A DNA stretch of 31,546 nucleotides from a virus (IMGVR_UViG_3300032295_000488:1-31546); one strand, 5' to 3'. Numbered from the stretch's first letter, positions 15,050 through 24,256 are shown. Numbers and translations are program-made. Notes: generated by a model not told the origin, from the letters alone.

Positions 15050-17451
15050 TTTTTGACCTCCACTAAGGATAATGATGCTTGGTTTACAATTGTATAAGCC
15101 CCTGACGAATCTACATTTTTAACTCTAACATCATAACTTACAGAGCCAACGCCCGCCGTTCCATCAACGTATTGAATTGTAAAGTTATCTGAATCAAATA
15201 AAGTGCTACTTGTGTTCGTATATGAAGAGACGTAATATCTAGTATATACCAAACTCCCATTTCTATAAATATAAATGTAAAACGAACGAAGCCCAAGATA
15301 ACCTACGAAATATCCAAAATTTGATTCTAATTGAACAATTGAACTAGAAAATTCTTTTGTAATAGAAAGGCTATTAACGCTAACTTCTGTATTATATGTC
15401 ATAGTAATATTTCCGCTTTCAGAGGCAACGGAAATACGATTAACTGCACCATTGATAATGGAGTTTGTAATAACCTTGTTGCCAGCGATGTTTCCGCTGC
15501 CGTCAAAGCCATTAGTGACGCGGCTGTCGGTAGATAATGCCCACGACGATCCATTCCAACGATAAAGTTTGTTGTTATCGTCGGTGTCAAACCAAAGATC
15601 ACCTACGGCTTCGGCGGTAGGTGTAGAAGTCTGGAAAAAACTTGTCACCTTTCCATCGGCAGTTGCAAGCGCATCGGACGCCGTGGCGATAGCCGTGGTT
15701 ATCCCAGTGTCTCTAGCTAATACCCACGCCGTGCCGCTCCAGCGATACATTTTGTTGGCATCGTCGGTATCAAACCATATGTCGCCAATTTCACTGGCCA
15801 TTGGCGTGGACGTTTGGAAGAAGGTAGTTATTCTGCCATCCGCAATAGCCTCAATATCGCTAATGGCTAGGATAAGCGGATTGTTTAGCGGGTTATAGAT
15901 CGTTGGCGCAGTTGGCGTTATAGGCGCAGAATCATCAGCATCCCATGCGTAGATGGCGGCGTTTTCTTCAATCAATGCCATAGGCACTTGACCGTCGAAG
16001 CGAATCTCTTGGCTAACAACACGAAATAGTTTGTTTGACCAACCTAATGCCTCAAGGCTAACGCGAACAACATCACCAACCTGACAGCCCAATGCTTTGG
16101 TGTTAAAAGTTGTAGAAAACATCCCACGATACTGATTGCGCTGCAAAACTTGCTTGGCAATGCGCTGTGCGCGACGACCATCTTCGACATATGGAAGATC
16201 AAGAGACATGACTCGCTCAATCCCGTCAGGGGCCGAAAAGCCTACTTCTGGGTAGTCTACCATCTGATAAAGGCTATTGGCTGAAGGATCGACATAACGG
16301 CCACGGGCAATGTTATAATTTTCCGTCAAACCGCGAGTTTGTTGCCAATCAAACCCACCGATCATATCGCCTTCATTAAAAGTAAGGACATAATCGGCAA
16401 GATCATTCTTCATTGCCGTTACCGTCAACTTGCCACCATTGTCGCGAAGTGTGCCGTTCATTGACGCAAGGAAATTGTTGATGATCTCCATACGATCATC
16501 TGAATCTGAGGCTGTGCCACTTGTGCGGTAACGCTTTTGAGTTCCGCCAATTGCCAAAGTTATATTCTCATCACAGATGTTCGCCGCTGTGATGAAAGAT
16601 TCCATATCAATTCGACCATATGGAACGCCGCAGCCGACTGATAACTTGCCGTTGATTTCCCAACCAAGCAGCCACCACAGCAACTGTAGGGCAGGGTTAT
16701 CGGTATCATCAGCATTGGTGTATGCGCCCCAAGTGCTTTGATCTGTGGCGCGGTGCGTACCAGAGCCGCCAGGTACAGTGCTATCTTTGCGCGGATCGTA
16801 AAGAAGAGCGCCATCGCCTATGACTGTGACGCGGCTTGGCAAGCCACTAACCAACGGGCTTTCTGCTTTTTTGTCATTGCCAGTGCGCTTAACACGAAGA
16901 TGAATATAGGCGCATCCCGTCAGGCGGCGAGATGATCCCCACTTTGTTCCACCATTAATGGAAATATAGTTAGCAGACGTTCCCTCAGTGCGGACAGCAA
17001 CATTCAAATAGCCGGAGTAAGTGCTTGTAACACCGCCAGCTAGTGTCCATGCCTGCTTTTCTTCAAACCATATCTCAGTGATTGAAGCAATTTTATGAGC
17101 CGCTACAGCAATAATGTAATCAACATACTCTTGATCCGTGCCGCTGGATTCGTGATACCGAAGGTCTAGAGGCATCGCCGTTGTGCCAAACACAATCTTG
17201 CGTGGCGTGGATGGATCAAGGCTGACGTTTAGGCGCGAAATTTGAGTCTTTGGTACTTTAGGGCCAAACAATGCCATCGATGCAGTAGATAGCGCCAATG
17301 AAGCGCCTATGGCCGTAATAGTGGCTACCGTTGCGGCTGTAGCTGCCGCAGTTGCCGTGGAACCTAAAAAAATAGGCGCAAGTTGTGGTGCATAAACGAT
17401 CATCGCGACAGAGGCCGCAATTATCGCAACAGTTCTTAAAGTCTTACCCAC
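15046..17451 (-). CDS. Tail tip attachment / central fibre protein (lambda J-like)
   Basis: PRKIVFG, LYDPRKDST, NPALQL, SFITAANICDE and QVGDVVRV...FRV motifs; position after the NlpC-like gene; GTG start. Confidence 0.88.
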   Translation of the reverse strand: MGKTLRTVAIIAASVAMIVYAPQLAPIFLGSTATAAATAATVATITAIGASLALSTASMALFGPKVPKTQISRLNVSLDPSTPRKIVFGTTAMPLDLRYHESSGTDQEYVDYIIAVAAHKIASITEIWFEEKQAWTLAGGVTSTYSGYLNVAVRTEGTSANYISINGGTKWGSSRRLTGCAYIHLRVKRTGNDKKAESPLVSGLPSRVTVIGDGALLYDPRKDSTVPGGSGTHRATDQSTWGAYTNADDTDNPALQLLWWLLGWEINGKLSVGCGVPYGRIDMESFITAANICDENITLAIGGTQKRYRTSGTASDSDDRMEIINNFLASMNGTLRDNGGKLTVTAMKNDLADYVLTFNEGDMIGGFDWQQTRGLTENYNIARGRYVDPSANSLYQMVDYPEVGFSAPDGIERVMSLDLPYVEDGRRAQRIAKQVLQRNQYRGMFSTTFNTKALGCQVGDVVRVSLEALGWSNKLFRVVSQEIRFDGQVPMALIEENAAIYAWDADDSAPITPTAPTIYNPLNNPLILAISDIEAIADGRITTFFQTSTPMASEIGDIWFDTDDANKMYRWSGTAWVLARDTGITTAIATASDALATADGKVTSFFQTSTPTAEAVGDLWFDTDDNNKLYRWNGSSWALSTDSRVTNGFDGSGNIAGNKVITNSIINGAVNRISVASESGNITMTYNTEVSVNSLSITKEFSSSIVQLESNFGYFVGYLGLRSFYIYIYRNGSLVYTRYYVSSYTNTSSTLFDSDNFTIQYVDGTAGVGSVSYDVRVKNVDSSGAYTIVNQASLSLVEVKK
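15514..15843 (-). repeat. Two 61-aa-period repeats ADG..T.FFQTSTP.A...GD.WFDTDD.NK.YRW.G..W in the J-like protein
   Basis: ADG codons begin at 15843 and 15660 (183-nt period). Confidence 0.9.
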
Positions 17452-17842
17452 GACCTACGCTCCAGCACTTGTCCCATAAGGATCGGTTAATGCGCTCCAA
17501 CCCATCGTCTGAAACAAAATAAGCGAAGCCGCCCATTACTACACCAACACTATTATCAAAGAAAGCCAAGTCTCCACGCTGCGCATGGCCTATTGCCACC
17601 TCTGAGAACTTGCCATCCATAGTCGCTTCAAGGGTTCCTGCGCCGATGTCCTTGATAACCTGTAGGCTGGTTTTAAGGCTGTCATACTGGCCCCGAAATT
17701 CGGGCATAGGGTCTTCGCCAGTTATGGCCTCAACAGCACCAGCGGCAAACAGACAGCAGTCATTTACGCCATACTCAAATGGCTCATGCCGCTTGTTGGC
17801 GATATAATCGGATAGGGCCTCTTCCCAAGTCGATATTCTCAT
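17444..17842 (-). CDS. Tail tip assembly protein, NlpC/P60-like
   Basis: PFEYGVNDCCLFAAGAVEAITGED and AQRGDL motifs. Confidence 0.82.
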   Translation of the reverse strand: MRISTWEEALSDYIANKRHEPFEYGVNDCCLFAAGAVEAITGEDPMPEFRGQYDSLKTSLQVIKDIGAGTLEATMDGKFSEVAIGHAQRGDLAFFDNSVGVVMGGFAYFVSDDGLERINRSLWDKCWSVGRG

Positions 17843-18471
17843 CGGAAGTTCGCCCTTCCATTATCATTTTCACCAGCGCCGCCGCCGCCGTATCCGTAGT
17901 TACCAGCTTCAGCCATGCCGTTGGCAGCAGAAATAGCGGCCTCTCCACTTAAATCGCCAGCATCATAGATATTTTGGATAAGGTATGTTTTGTTCTGTGC
18001 GCCAGCGATGCTTGTTAAATAGTTTTCAATGGTAAGAGTGACTGTCTGGCTTTCTGCGCTGCCAGAAATGCTCACTTCATTCATGTAGCCAGTGTAATAT
18101 GGAATGATGGAGCCAACTTGCCCCTCATTCTCGTTGACGCAATAAAACCAAAGCCGCGCAATGCGACCCTGCCACTTTGATTTGTCGCCAATAATAGCCA
18201 AAAAGTCAGCATTGTTCACAACAAGGCCGCTCATGGAAATGGACACAGTATCTGAACCAGATTCGTTGTGCTTCACAGTCGAAACATTAATCAGATCGTG
18301 GTTGAAGCTGTCGTAAGTGCCATCCAGTTCTGTATCGCCCGATCCTGAAATGACCTTGTCGTAAAGGCCGCTTGTTCCGCGCAGCACATCTCCAACAAAG
18401 TCGGCATAAATCAAAACACGCCAATTAACGACTGTAGCTTCAAGCGCAGCCTGAGTGGTTGCATCAACCAT
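17839..18471 (-). CDS. Minor tail / hub protein (lambda L-like position)
   Basis: Synteny between the distal tail and NlpC genes; WQGRIARLW...YYTGYM...VTLTIEN pattern. Confidence 0.7.
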   Translation of the reverse strand: MVDATTQAALEATVVNWRVLIYADFVGDVLRGTSGLYDKVISGSGDTELDGTYDSFNHDLINVSTVKHNESGSDTVSISMSGLVVNNADFLAIIGDKSKWQGRIARLWFYCVNENEGQVGSIIPYYTGYMNEVSISGSAESQTVTLTIENYLTSIAGAQNKTYLIQNIYDAGDLSGEAAISAANGMAEAGNYGYGGGGAGENDNGRANFR

Positions 18472-19061
18472 TAGAAGGACTCCCGTAGATTCAGCGAGAG
18501 GCTATACACATAACCATTCTCAACTGAAAGCGTTGGCTCCTCTACGAAGTACATTAGGCAATACGGGTTCTTGTATTCAATTGCTGCGTTATCCGCTGGG
18601 GATGTGCGGATCGGCGGTTCGAACGTGAGTGTTGCGACACCAGACCCGTTTGAAGTTACATTTTCAGTCAACTGCAAAAGCTGATTGTTGATGGTTACAA
18701 ACTGCCCAGCGACAAGCACGGTTGATGATAAAGGCCAGCCGTCAGTTGTTAGCGTCCGGCCTGTCTGCGCTCCACCATTTACTAAAGGAGTGGCGGTTGC
18801 TGCCGACTGCGCAGTTGCGTCAACAGGAATCTGAAAATCGTTCGCACGGCCACGGCTCTTGGCTATGAACGAGCGCCATGCGTTGACGTTAGCGGTCCCT
18901 ACGATTGGAGGCAGTGACAACTGGCACTCCCACCATCCGCGACCAGATGCGATAGTCTGTCTGCGCCCCGTCCAATCAGACACGTTGGTCTGCGCTGGCA
19001 TAACCAACCGCCAAGACATTCCGCTTGGCTTTGGGGTTGAGGGATATGTGATTGTCGCCAT
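18471..19061 (-). CDS. Distal tail protein
   Basis: Immediately after the tape measure gene; SDWTGRRQT..GWWECQLSLPP, FIAKSRGRANDF and SLNLRESF end. Confidence 0.75.
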   Translation of the reverse strand: MATITYPSTPKPSGMSWRLVMPAQTNVSDWTGRRQTIASGRGWWECQLSLPPIVGTANVNAWRSFIAKSRGRANDFQIPVDATAQSAATATPLVNGGAQTGRTLTTDGWPLSSTVLVAGQFVTINNQLLQLTENVTSNGSGVATLTFEPPIRTSPADNAAIEYKNPYCLMYFVEEPTLSVENGYVYSLSLNLRESF

Positions 19062-21262
19062 TACTGCATTGCTCCACCTAGGCGCGGCCTACGAAGGCTT
19101 GATATTGTCCGTGATTCTGCCGCCGCTATAATAGCCGGAGCAGCCTCAAGAATGCCCTGTTGCACCTGAGCGCGAACAGCCGCAGGATCGGAAGCGCCAC
19201 GCGCATCTACGCTGATATTGAAGTTGCTGCCGCCGCCATTGCTTGACAGGTTCCGGTTAGGAATAATTGTACCGCTGCCACCTGGAATAAACAATTCTGG
19301 GCCTTGCTCACCGACCATGTATGGGCTGTTCTTTGCGACAGAGCCGCCTCGCGCCCTTAATGTAAGTGGCATAAAATTGCCTGGGCTACTCATACCGATG
19401 TTTCCACTGGCGCTGGCAGCGTTAGGGGCCGCTCTTGCGCCACCAAATGCGCCAGTAATAAGCCCAACAATTTGCTGCACAACAAACAGTTTCCACAACT
19501 GGTCAATCACGGAACCAATAATGCTCCGCATACCATCTTTCCAAGACATTGCGCCAGTAAGCATACCCTTAAAGGCCTCGCTGACAGAGTTGCCAATTGC
19601 TTCAAATGAGTTCTTTATTTCCTCATTTTTTTCCCTGATTCTGGCATCATCCATTGCTTTTGTTAATCTGCCGATGGCCTCCCTAGCGGCATCAGCGCCA
19701 ACGCCAGCGGCTTCGCCAGTTTCCGCACTCAGCGCATCAAGCACAGCTTTCGCCGCAGCCTGATCCTGCTCAAACTGCGTCATACCAGTATTAAGAGATT
19801 CATACTTTTTAATAAGCATATCTATCGGGCCAGTAGCGGTAGCCTTGATTGCGTTCATGAAGCCGATCTGAAGATCGCCAGTCATTTTTTCACTTTTTTG
19901 AATGCTTTCATACTGCGCTTCTAGGTCACGCAGTTTGCTTATGTAATCTGGCAGCGCCTTTGTCGTTAGGTCGTTTGTTGACTTTTTAAACTTCTCAACA
20001 TTGTCATTGGCTTCTTTGAACTGCTTCAAATAATCTTCTGCCGGATTCTTTGCGTCACCAAATGCATCTGTAACAGCGACAAGTTTGGTTTCAAATTCGG
20101 CTAAAGTTAAATTGCCAAGTTTAAACTCTGCGATAATAGCTTTTTGAGCAGCGCGCAGTTTATCAGTCTCAGAAACAACCTTTGGCTTTCGCTCCCTTTT
20201 GTTGTCTGGCTTCAAAAGCCCTGCCGCGACAGAACCTTGATTAACTGATTGCTCCAGCTTTGGAATTAAGGCTTCCAACGCTGCTCCAGACGTTCCACTA
20301 AGTAGGGCTTGCTGCAATTCTGTCTTTTTAAACCTAGTCCCTCTAAGGTCTAATTTATCAATTCTTCGGAAAAGTTTCTCAATTTCCTTATCAGCCCCAG
20401 CCACTCCTTTTTGAGCGTTTGCCATTGCCGTTTCAACGTCATTTGAAAACTTAACAAGATCAGACCTGTTTTTATCAATCTGGCTCATACCGCCGGTAAG
20501 GCCAGGAAAGAAACCGCCAGCCGAACCCAAACCTTCTGAGTAAAAACCAGTCGCAATTAATCCAAGTTTGTCTGTTACGGTGTTTAAAACACCAGTCCTT
20601 TGGATTTGTTTGTTCAGCGAAGTTAAGGATGCCTTTTGCTCTGCTGCCGTTGCTTTAAGATTTTCAATCTTAGCAAGCGTGTTAAGGCGCGTTTCAAGTG
20701 TGTTACTTTTTATCTTGCCGCTAGTCATGTCGAACATATCGCCAAGAGCAGACTGCCCTGAACTCAAGGCAGATGATGCAATTTCCAATTGCGCGGCAGC
20801 TTTTTCACCAGCCATTAACTTTTCTATAAAAAAGCTAATAGCCATCGCAGCACCAATGACAAGAGCGCCCCAAGGCCCAGCAAGGAACGCACCAATCCTC
20901 CCAGCCACGCCGCCCATCATGGACATAGCATAGCCAACCTGGCCAATTTGTTGGTTGAATGCCTGTAAAGGACTCGCACCAGTTGATACACTGGTTACGA
21001 AGTCATTGATCTGCATACCAGCTTGCTGGACACCTTGGCGGTGATTACGAATCGCCTTAGAGGCTTCATCAAGACCTTTTGCAGATTTTCTGGCCGCGCC
21101 TTCAACTTTTCCCATGCCGTCAGCAAGGGGGCCATTGGCATTTTTCAGCGCGTCCATTTCTTTGCGAAGAGCATCAACAGCAGAAGTCAGCTTTTTAAGT
21201 TCATTCTGCCCAGTAACCTGAGCAGCAAATAAATACTCAATTTTTTGGTTTTGGGCCGCCAC
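19061..21262 (-). CDS. Tape measure protein (733 aa)
   Basis: Ala/Lys-rich helical protein; QINDFVTSVSTGASPLQAFNQQ and RARGGSV...YMVGEQGPELFIP motifs; follows the chaperones. Confidence 0.93.
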   Translation of the reverse strand: MAAQNQKIEYLFAAQVTGQNELKKLTSAVDALRKEMDALKNANGPLADGMGKVEGAARKSAKGLDEASKAIRNHRQGVQQAGMQINDFVTSVSTGASPLQAFNQQIGQVGYAMSMMGGVAGRIGAFLAGPWGALVIGAAMAISFFIEKLMAGEKAAAQLEIASSALSSGQSALGDMFDMTSGKIKSNTLETRLNTLAKIENLKATAAEQKASLTSLNKQIQRTGVLNTVTDKLGLIATGFYSEGLGSAGGFFPGLTGGMSQIDKNRSDLVKFSNDVETAMANAQKGVAGADKEIEKLFRRIDKLDLRGTRFKKTELQQALLSGTSGAALEALIPKLEQSVNQGSVAAGLLKPDNKRERKPKVVSETDKLRAAQKAIIAEFKLGNLTLAEFETKLVAVTDAFGDAKNPAEDYLKQFKEANDNVEKFKKSTNDLTTKALPDYISKLRDLEAQYESIQKSEKMTGDLQIGFMNAIKATATGPIDMLIKKYESLNTGMTQFEQDQAAAKAVLDALSAETGEAAGVGADAAREAIGRLTKAMDDARIREKNEEIKNSFEAIGNSVSEAFKGMLTGAMSWKDGMRSIIGSVIDQLWKLFVVQQIVGLITGAFGGARAAPNAASASGNIGMSSPGNFMPLTLRARGGSVAKNSPYMVGEQGPELFIPGGSGTIIPNRNLSSNGGGSNFNISVDARGASDPAAVRAQVQQGILEAAPAIIAAAESRTISSLRRPRLGGAMQ

Positions 21263-21404
21263 GCTTTTGCCTTTCTTCGCTCAGGTTAAAATAAGCGACC
21301 CATTCATTATACTCTTCAATTGAAATAAGTTCAATCTCTGCAATGGTTTTGCCAAGCCGATCCGCCAAGGTAAGAAGGTTATACCTAAGCGGATCGTTTC
21401 TTAG
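21237..21404 (-). CDS. gpT-like -1 frame extension of the tail assembly chaperone (LRNDPLRYNLLTLADRLGKTIAEIELISIEEYNEWVAYFNLSEERQKRGGPKPKN)
   Basis: Open -1 frame following the slippery site, with no ATG of its own; LA..LGKT..E....S..E...W.AY pattern typical of gpT. Confidence 0.85.
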   Translation of the reverse strand, partial: LRNDPLRYNLLTLADRLGKTIAEIELISIEEYNEWVAYFNLSEERQKRGGPKPKN

Positions 21405-21410
21405 TTTTTT
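21358..21410 (-). promoter_or_regulatory. Programmed -1 ribosomal frameshift signal
   Basis: A AAA AAC heptamer (21410-21404), 7-nt spacer, then hairpin CGATCCGC..AGGTA/TACCT..GCGGATCG (21396-21358). Confidence 0.85.
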
Positions 21411-21739
21411 TCCTGCTCCTCTACACTGTCACCGCTCATAAATGCAGCAGCAACAGTGGAGATTACTGACACTTCTTCACGCATCAAAATAGCTTTATCC
21501 TCAAGCGTAAACAGCTTTTCACCTTGACCATTCTCAGCTTTAAGAATGATTAGATCAACCATTGCATCAAATGATGTGTCGCTTAAAAATTTGGGATGCT
21601 TGCGCTGGATGCGGTTTAATTCACCAGCAAGCAAAGGTCCATAATAGACCGTTTCCGGCTTGCCCTCATCACCCCATTCTGGAACGTCGATGTGACGCTT
21701 ATTCGATGTTCGTTCTGCAATGCGCTTCGAAATACTCAT
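21401..21739 (-). CDS. Tail assembly chaperone (gpG-like)
   Basis: IDVPEWG, G.KLFT..D motifs and an EKN end on a slippery site; lies between the tail tube and tape measure genes. Confidence 0.88.
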   Translation of the reverse strand: MSISKRIAERTSNKRHIDVPEWGDEGKPETVYYGPLLAGELNRIQRKHPKFLSDTSFDAMVDLIILKAENGQGEKLFTLEDKAILMREEVSVISTVAAAFMSGDSVEEQEKN

Positions 21740-21756
21740 AATTATATCCTTTTAAA

Positions 21757-22149
21757 TTAAACCGTAGCAGCACTCAATGAACCAGTACCCTGAAGTGTGA
21801 TTGTGGATTCTACCATGCCGTCAAAGCTGCCTGTGATAGTTTTACCAGTGACGATTGCGCTGCCCGTCAGATACGCATCACCAGATGCTGCACCTTCTGG
21901 CATAAAGCGAACAGTCACTTCTGAGCCAACGAGCAGAGCGCCTTGGCCAGTGGTGTCCGTTTCATCCCAAAATACGTCAACCGAACCTGTCCACGCTTTC
22001 AAAGTGGTCTTAAAGGTGCGGTAGCTATCACCCATCGAAGTGTCTTCCGCAGTGTCAGCGGTTTCTTCAACTGAATAAGAGCGGATTTCAACAATGCTGT
22101 TGGTCGAGCCAACTTTAACAGTGCCTTCAGAGCCAGTATGCGTTGCCAT
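21757..22149 (-). CDS. Tail tube (major tail) protein, paralogue B
   Basis: EIRSYS.EETADTAEDTSMGD.YRTF..TLKAWTGSVDVFWD...TITLQGTG; AAGGA RBS. Confidence 0.9.
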   Translation of the reverse strand: MATHTGSEGTVKVGSTNSIVEIRSYSVEETADTAEDTSMGDSYRTFKTTLKAWTGSVDVFWDETDTTGQGALLVGSEVTVRFMPEGAASGDAYLTGSAIVTGKTITGSFDGMVESTITLQGTGSLSAATV

Positions 22150-22160
22150 CTAGTTAGTCC

Positions 22161-22559
22161 TTACGCCAAGGTGGAGAGCGTCAAAGCACCAGTGCCTTGA
22201 AGCGTGATTGTGGATTCGACCATGCCATCGAAGCTGCCCGTAACAGTCTTACCAGTAACGATTGCATCGCCGGAATAATACTTTTCAGATACGCCAGATG
22301 AAGCACCCTCTGGGAAGAAGTTTGCAGTTACTGTAGCGCCAACAACAAGGGCAACCTGACCGTTCGTGTCAGTCTCATCCCAGAATACATCAACCGATCC
22401 GGTCCATGCCTTAAGCGTCGTTTTGAAAGTGCGATAGGCATCGCCCATTGAGGTATCTTCAGCAGTGTCCGCTGTTTCCTCAAGCGAATAGGAACGGATT
22501 TCAGCAATGGCGTTTGCGCCAACCTTAACAGTTCCCTCTGAACCAGTGTGCGTAGCCAT
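22161..22559 (-). CDS. Tail tube (major tail) protein, paralogue A
   Basis: Same motifs; about 78% identical to 21757..22149 by manual alignment; GAGGAG RBS. Confidence 0.9.
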   Translation of the reverse strand: MATHTGSEGTVKVGANAIAEIRSYSLEETADTAEDTSMGDAYRTFKTTLKAWTGSVDVFWDETDTNGQVALVVGATVTANFFPEGASSGVSEKYYSGDAIVTGKTVTGSFDGMVESTITLQGTGALTLSTLA

Positions 22560-22702
22560 TACTCAGTCTCCTCTTTAGCCTCTGGCTTTGCCTTTGGCTT
22601 TTCTTTAATGGGTGTCCAACCAATCCGCGCATAACGGCCAAGATCAACCTCACAGGCGAGTATCTCATCGCCAGCTTTGTTATAAACTTTAACCATTTTC
22701 AT
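22559..22702 (-). CDS. 47-aa small protein MKMVKVYNKAGDEILACEVDLGRYARIGWTPIKEKPKAKPEAKEETE
   Basis: Exactly fills the gap, with an ATGA overlap upstream and a TAATG overlap downstream; GGAG RBS. Absent from the ORF track. Confidence 0.85.
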   Translation of the reverse strand: MKMVKVYNKAGDEILACEVDLGRYARIGWTPIKEKPKAKPEAKEETE

Positions 22703-23142
22703 CGCGGTGTCTCCAGATCAGCAAGCAGCGTAACATATTGGACTGCGTAAGACAACCGCGCATTAGCAACTGGCTTCTCGCCTTCAACATTAATGTCAAC
22801 GTCAGACTCAGATAGAATACAGCTTTTCACTAATCCTGACAACTGGAAATCAGAACCAATCGCATCCTCAATCAAAACACAGGCATCATCTACTTGGTTT
22901 ATGATTGTTGAACTTTGGCCCTTAATAAAAATCTCCACAAAAACTTGCAGTGACCCCATAGATGTTTTTGTTCCTATGGTCGCCAGAGAACTAGTCTGGC
23001 TGTTTGTGTATATCACAGCCGCTGGAAGTTTCTCATCATCCAATGCGTAAGATCGCATCTTATACACGCGCCCAGAAAAGAATGGCAAAGCACCAATGAT
23101 TGTAGCGATTCTGTCGCGTATCTGGTTATTAATGTGCGACAT
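22699..23142 (-). CDS. Tail terminator / completion protein, paralogue 2
   Basis: MSH...QIRD, RVYKMRSYALD...LPAAVIYT motifs; position before the tail tube genes. Confidence 0.82.
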   Translation of the reverse strand: MSHINNQIRDRIATIIGALPFFSGRVYKMRSYALDDEKLPAAVIYTNSQTSSLATIGTKTSMGSLQVFVEIFIKGQSSTIINQVDDACVLIEDAIGSDFQLSGLVKSCILSESDVDINVEGEKPVANARLSYAVQYVTLLADLETPR

Positions 23143-23657
23143 TAGATAGACACCTGGCAGTTATCGATGGCAGTCATGTACTTAACGTCAAAAATCATTT
23201 TTCCAGTGCCAATTGCCTTTTCGCCAGTAGTATTGACGCTAAAATCTGATTGCGTCAGCACACAGCTTTTTACAAGTCCATTAAAACTGTGGTCGGCTTC
23301 AATTGCGCCGTTCAACTCAGCGCAGAAAGCTTCTATGTTTTCAAAGATGTCTAAGCTTGATCCTTTGTTAATGACATCAACCCTTAGTTCAAGGTTGTGT
23401 GACAAAGTGCGGCTGCCCATAGTGGCAAGGCTCGTTACATCGTTTGTCGTGTAAACAATCAGGGCCGGAAGCTGTGCATCATCAAGCGCATATTTACGAA
23501 ACTTGTACAATGTACCTGTGGCAAGCAAACCACCAGTTTGCCTAGCCGCAAGTTCAACATTGAATCGGTCCAGAATTACAATTCCGAACCTGTCGTAAAT
23601 AAAGTTTACCAGCAGGGTGGCGGCATAATCTCTGATCTGTTGCCGAACGTGGCTCAT
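23142..23657 (-). CDS. Tail terminator / completion protein, paralogue 1 (with 24-aa insertion)
   Basis: MSHVRQQIRD, YALDDAQLPALIVYT, GLVKSCVL and GEK motifs shared with paralogue 2. Confidence 0.8.
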   Translation of the reverse strand: MSHVRQQIRDYAATLLVNFIYDRFGIVILDRFNVELAARQTGGLLATGTLYKFRKYALDDAQLPALIVYTTNDVTSLATMGSRTLSHNLELRVDVINKGSSLDIFENIEAFCAELNGAIEADHSFNGLVKSCVLTQSDFSVNTTGEKAIGTGKMIFDVKYMTAIDNCQVSI

Positions 23658-23658
23658 G

Positions 23659-23970
23659 TTACACCTTTTCGAGAATAAGGGTACTTACGCCAGTTCCATC
23701 AGTTAAAACAACACGCACGTTATACGCGACAGAGCGGATGATGATTTCATCGCCGTCAGCGGCCAAAGGTACGTCAGCAGTGCGGCAAACAAACTGCGGT
23801 GATGGGATTGTGATTTCCATCAGGTCTGTTGCGCCACGGCTTGCTTGAGGGGCATCAAAGATACCATTAACAGAAGCGGCACTGCCACCTACTCTTGTGT
23901 AAGTGGCAGTGTCTGCAAAATCATCGACTTCAAAAAAGTCGAGAATATCATCTGCGCTCTCAATTCCCAT
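23659..23970 (-). CDS. Head-tail joining protein (lambda FII-like)
   Basis: FFEVDDFADTATY, VNGIFD and YNV....DGTGVSTLILE pattern; synteny. Confidence 0.82.
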   Translation of the reverse strand: MGIESADDILDFFEVDDFADTATYTRVGGSAASVNGIFDAPQASRGATDLMEITIPSPQFVCRTADVPLAADGDEIIIRSVAYNVRVVLTDGTGVSTLILEKV

Positions 23971-24196
23971 TCTTGGGACTGCGCTTCATGACAGGATCGC
24001 GATTTTCTATTTCTGTAGCTACAGGATCACGATGCTCAACCTTTGGCGCTTCAGCCACACGGACTGCTTCTTCAAAGATTTCAATTTTCTTATGAGCGAT
24101 AAGCACCAAAGCCTCGCTGTGTGGGAGGGTAGCAACATCACCAACAGACAGTGGTCCTTGCGATGTTATTACGCCACGAATGCACTTGTATTGCAT
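23960..24196 (-). CDS. Small head-associated hypothetical protein after the capsid gene
   Basis: GGAG RBS before ATG 24196; VGDVATLP.SEA..LIA.KK motif. Confidence 0.72.
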   Translation of the reverse strand: MQYKCIRGVITSQGPLSVGDVATLPHSEALVLIAHKKIEIFEEAVRVAEAPKVEHRDPVATEIENRDPVMKRSPKNGN

Positions 24197-24206
24197 ATCA
24201 TTCTCC

Positions 24207-24251
24207 AAAGAAGTCGAGGGCTGATATGACTTCCAAATATCAGCCCTCAAC
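24207..24251 (-). terminator. Intrinsic terminator/attenuator after the capsid gene
   Basis: 15-bp stem GTTGAGGGCTGATAT/ATATCAGCCCTCGAC (one G-U pair), 9-nt loop, followed by TTCTTT. Confidence 0.82.
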
Positions 24252-24256
24252 ATTTC

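Noticed and set aside
19980-20840. Lower-GC centre of the tape measure gene as a foreign insertion
   Set aside because: The drop is modest and uneven (32-47% in sampled lines) and is partly explained by Lys/Glu/Asn-rich helical sequence. No clear boundaries were seen.
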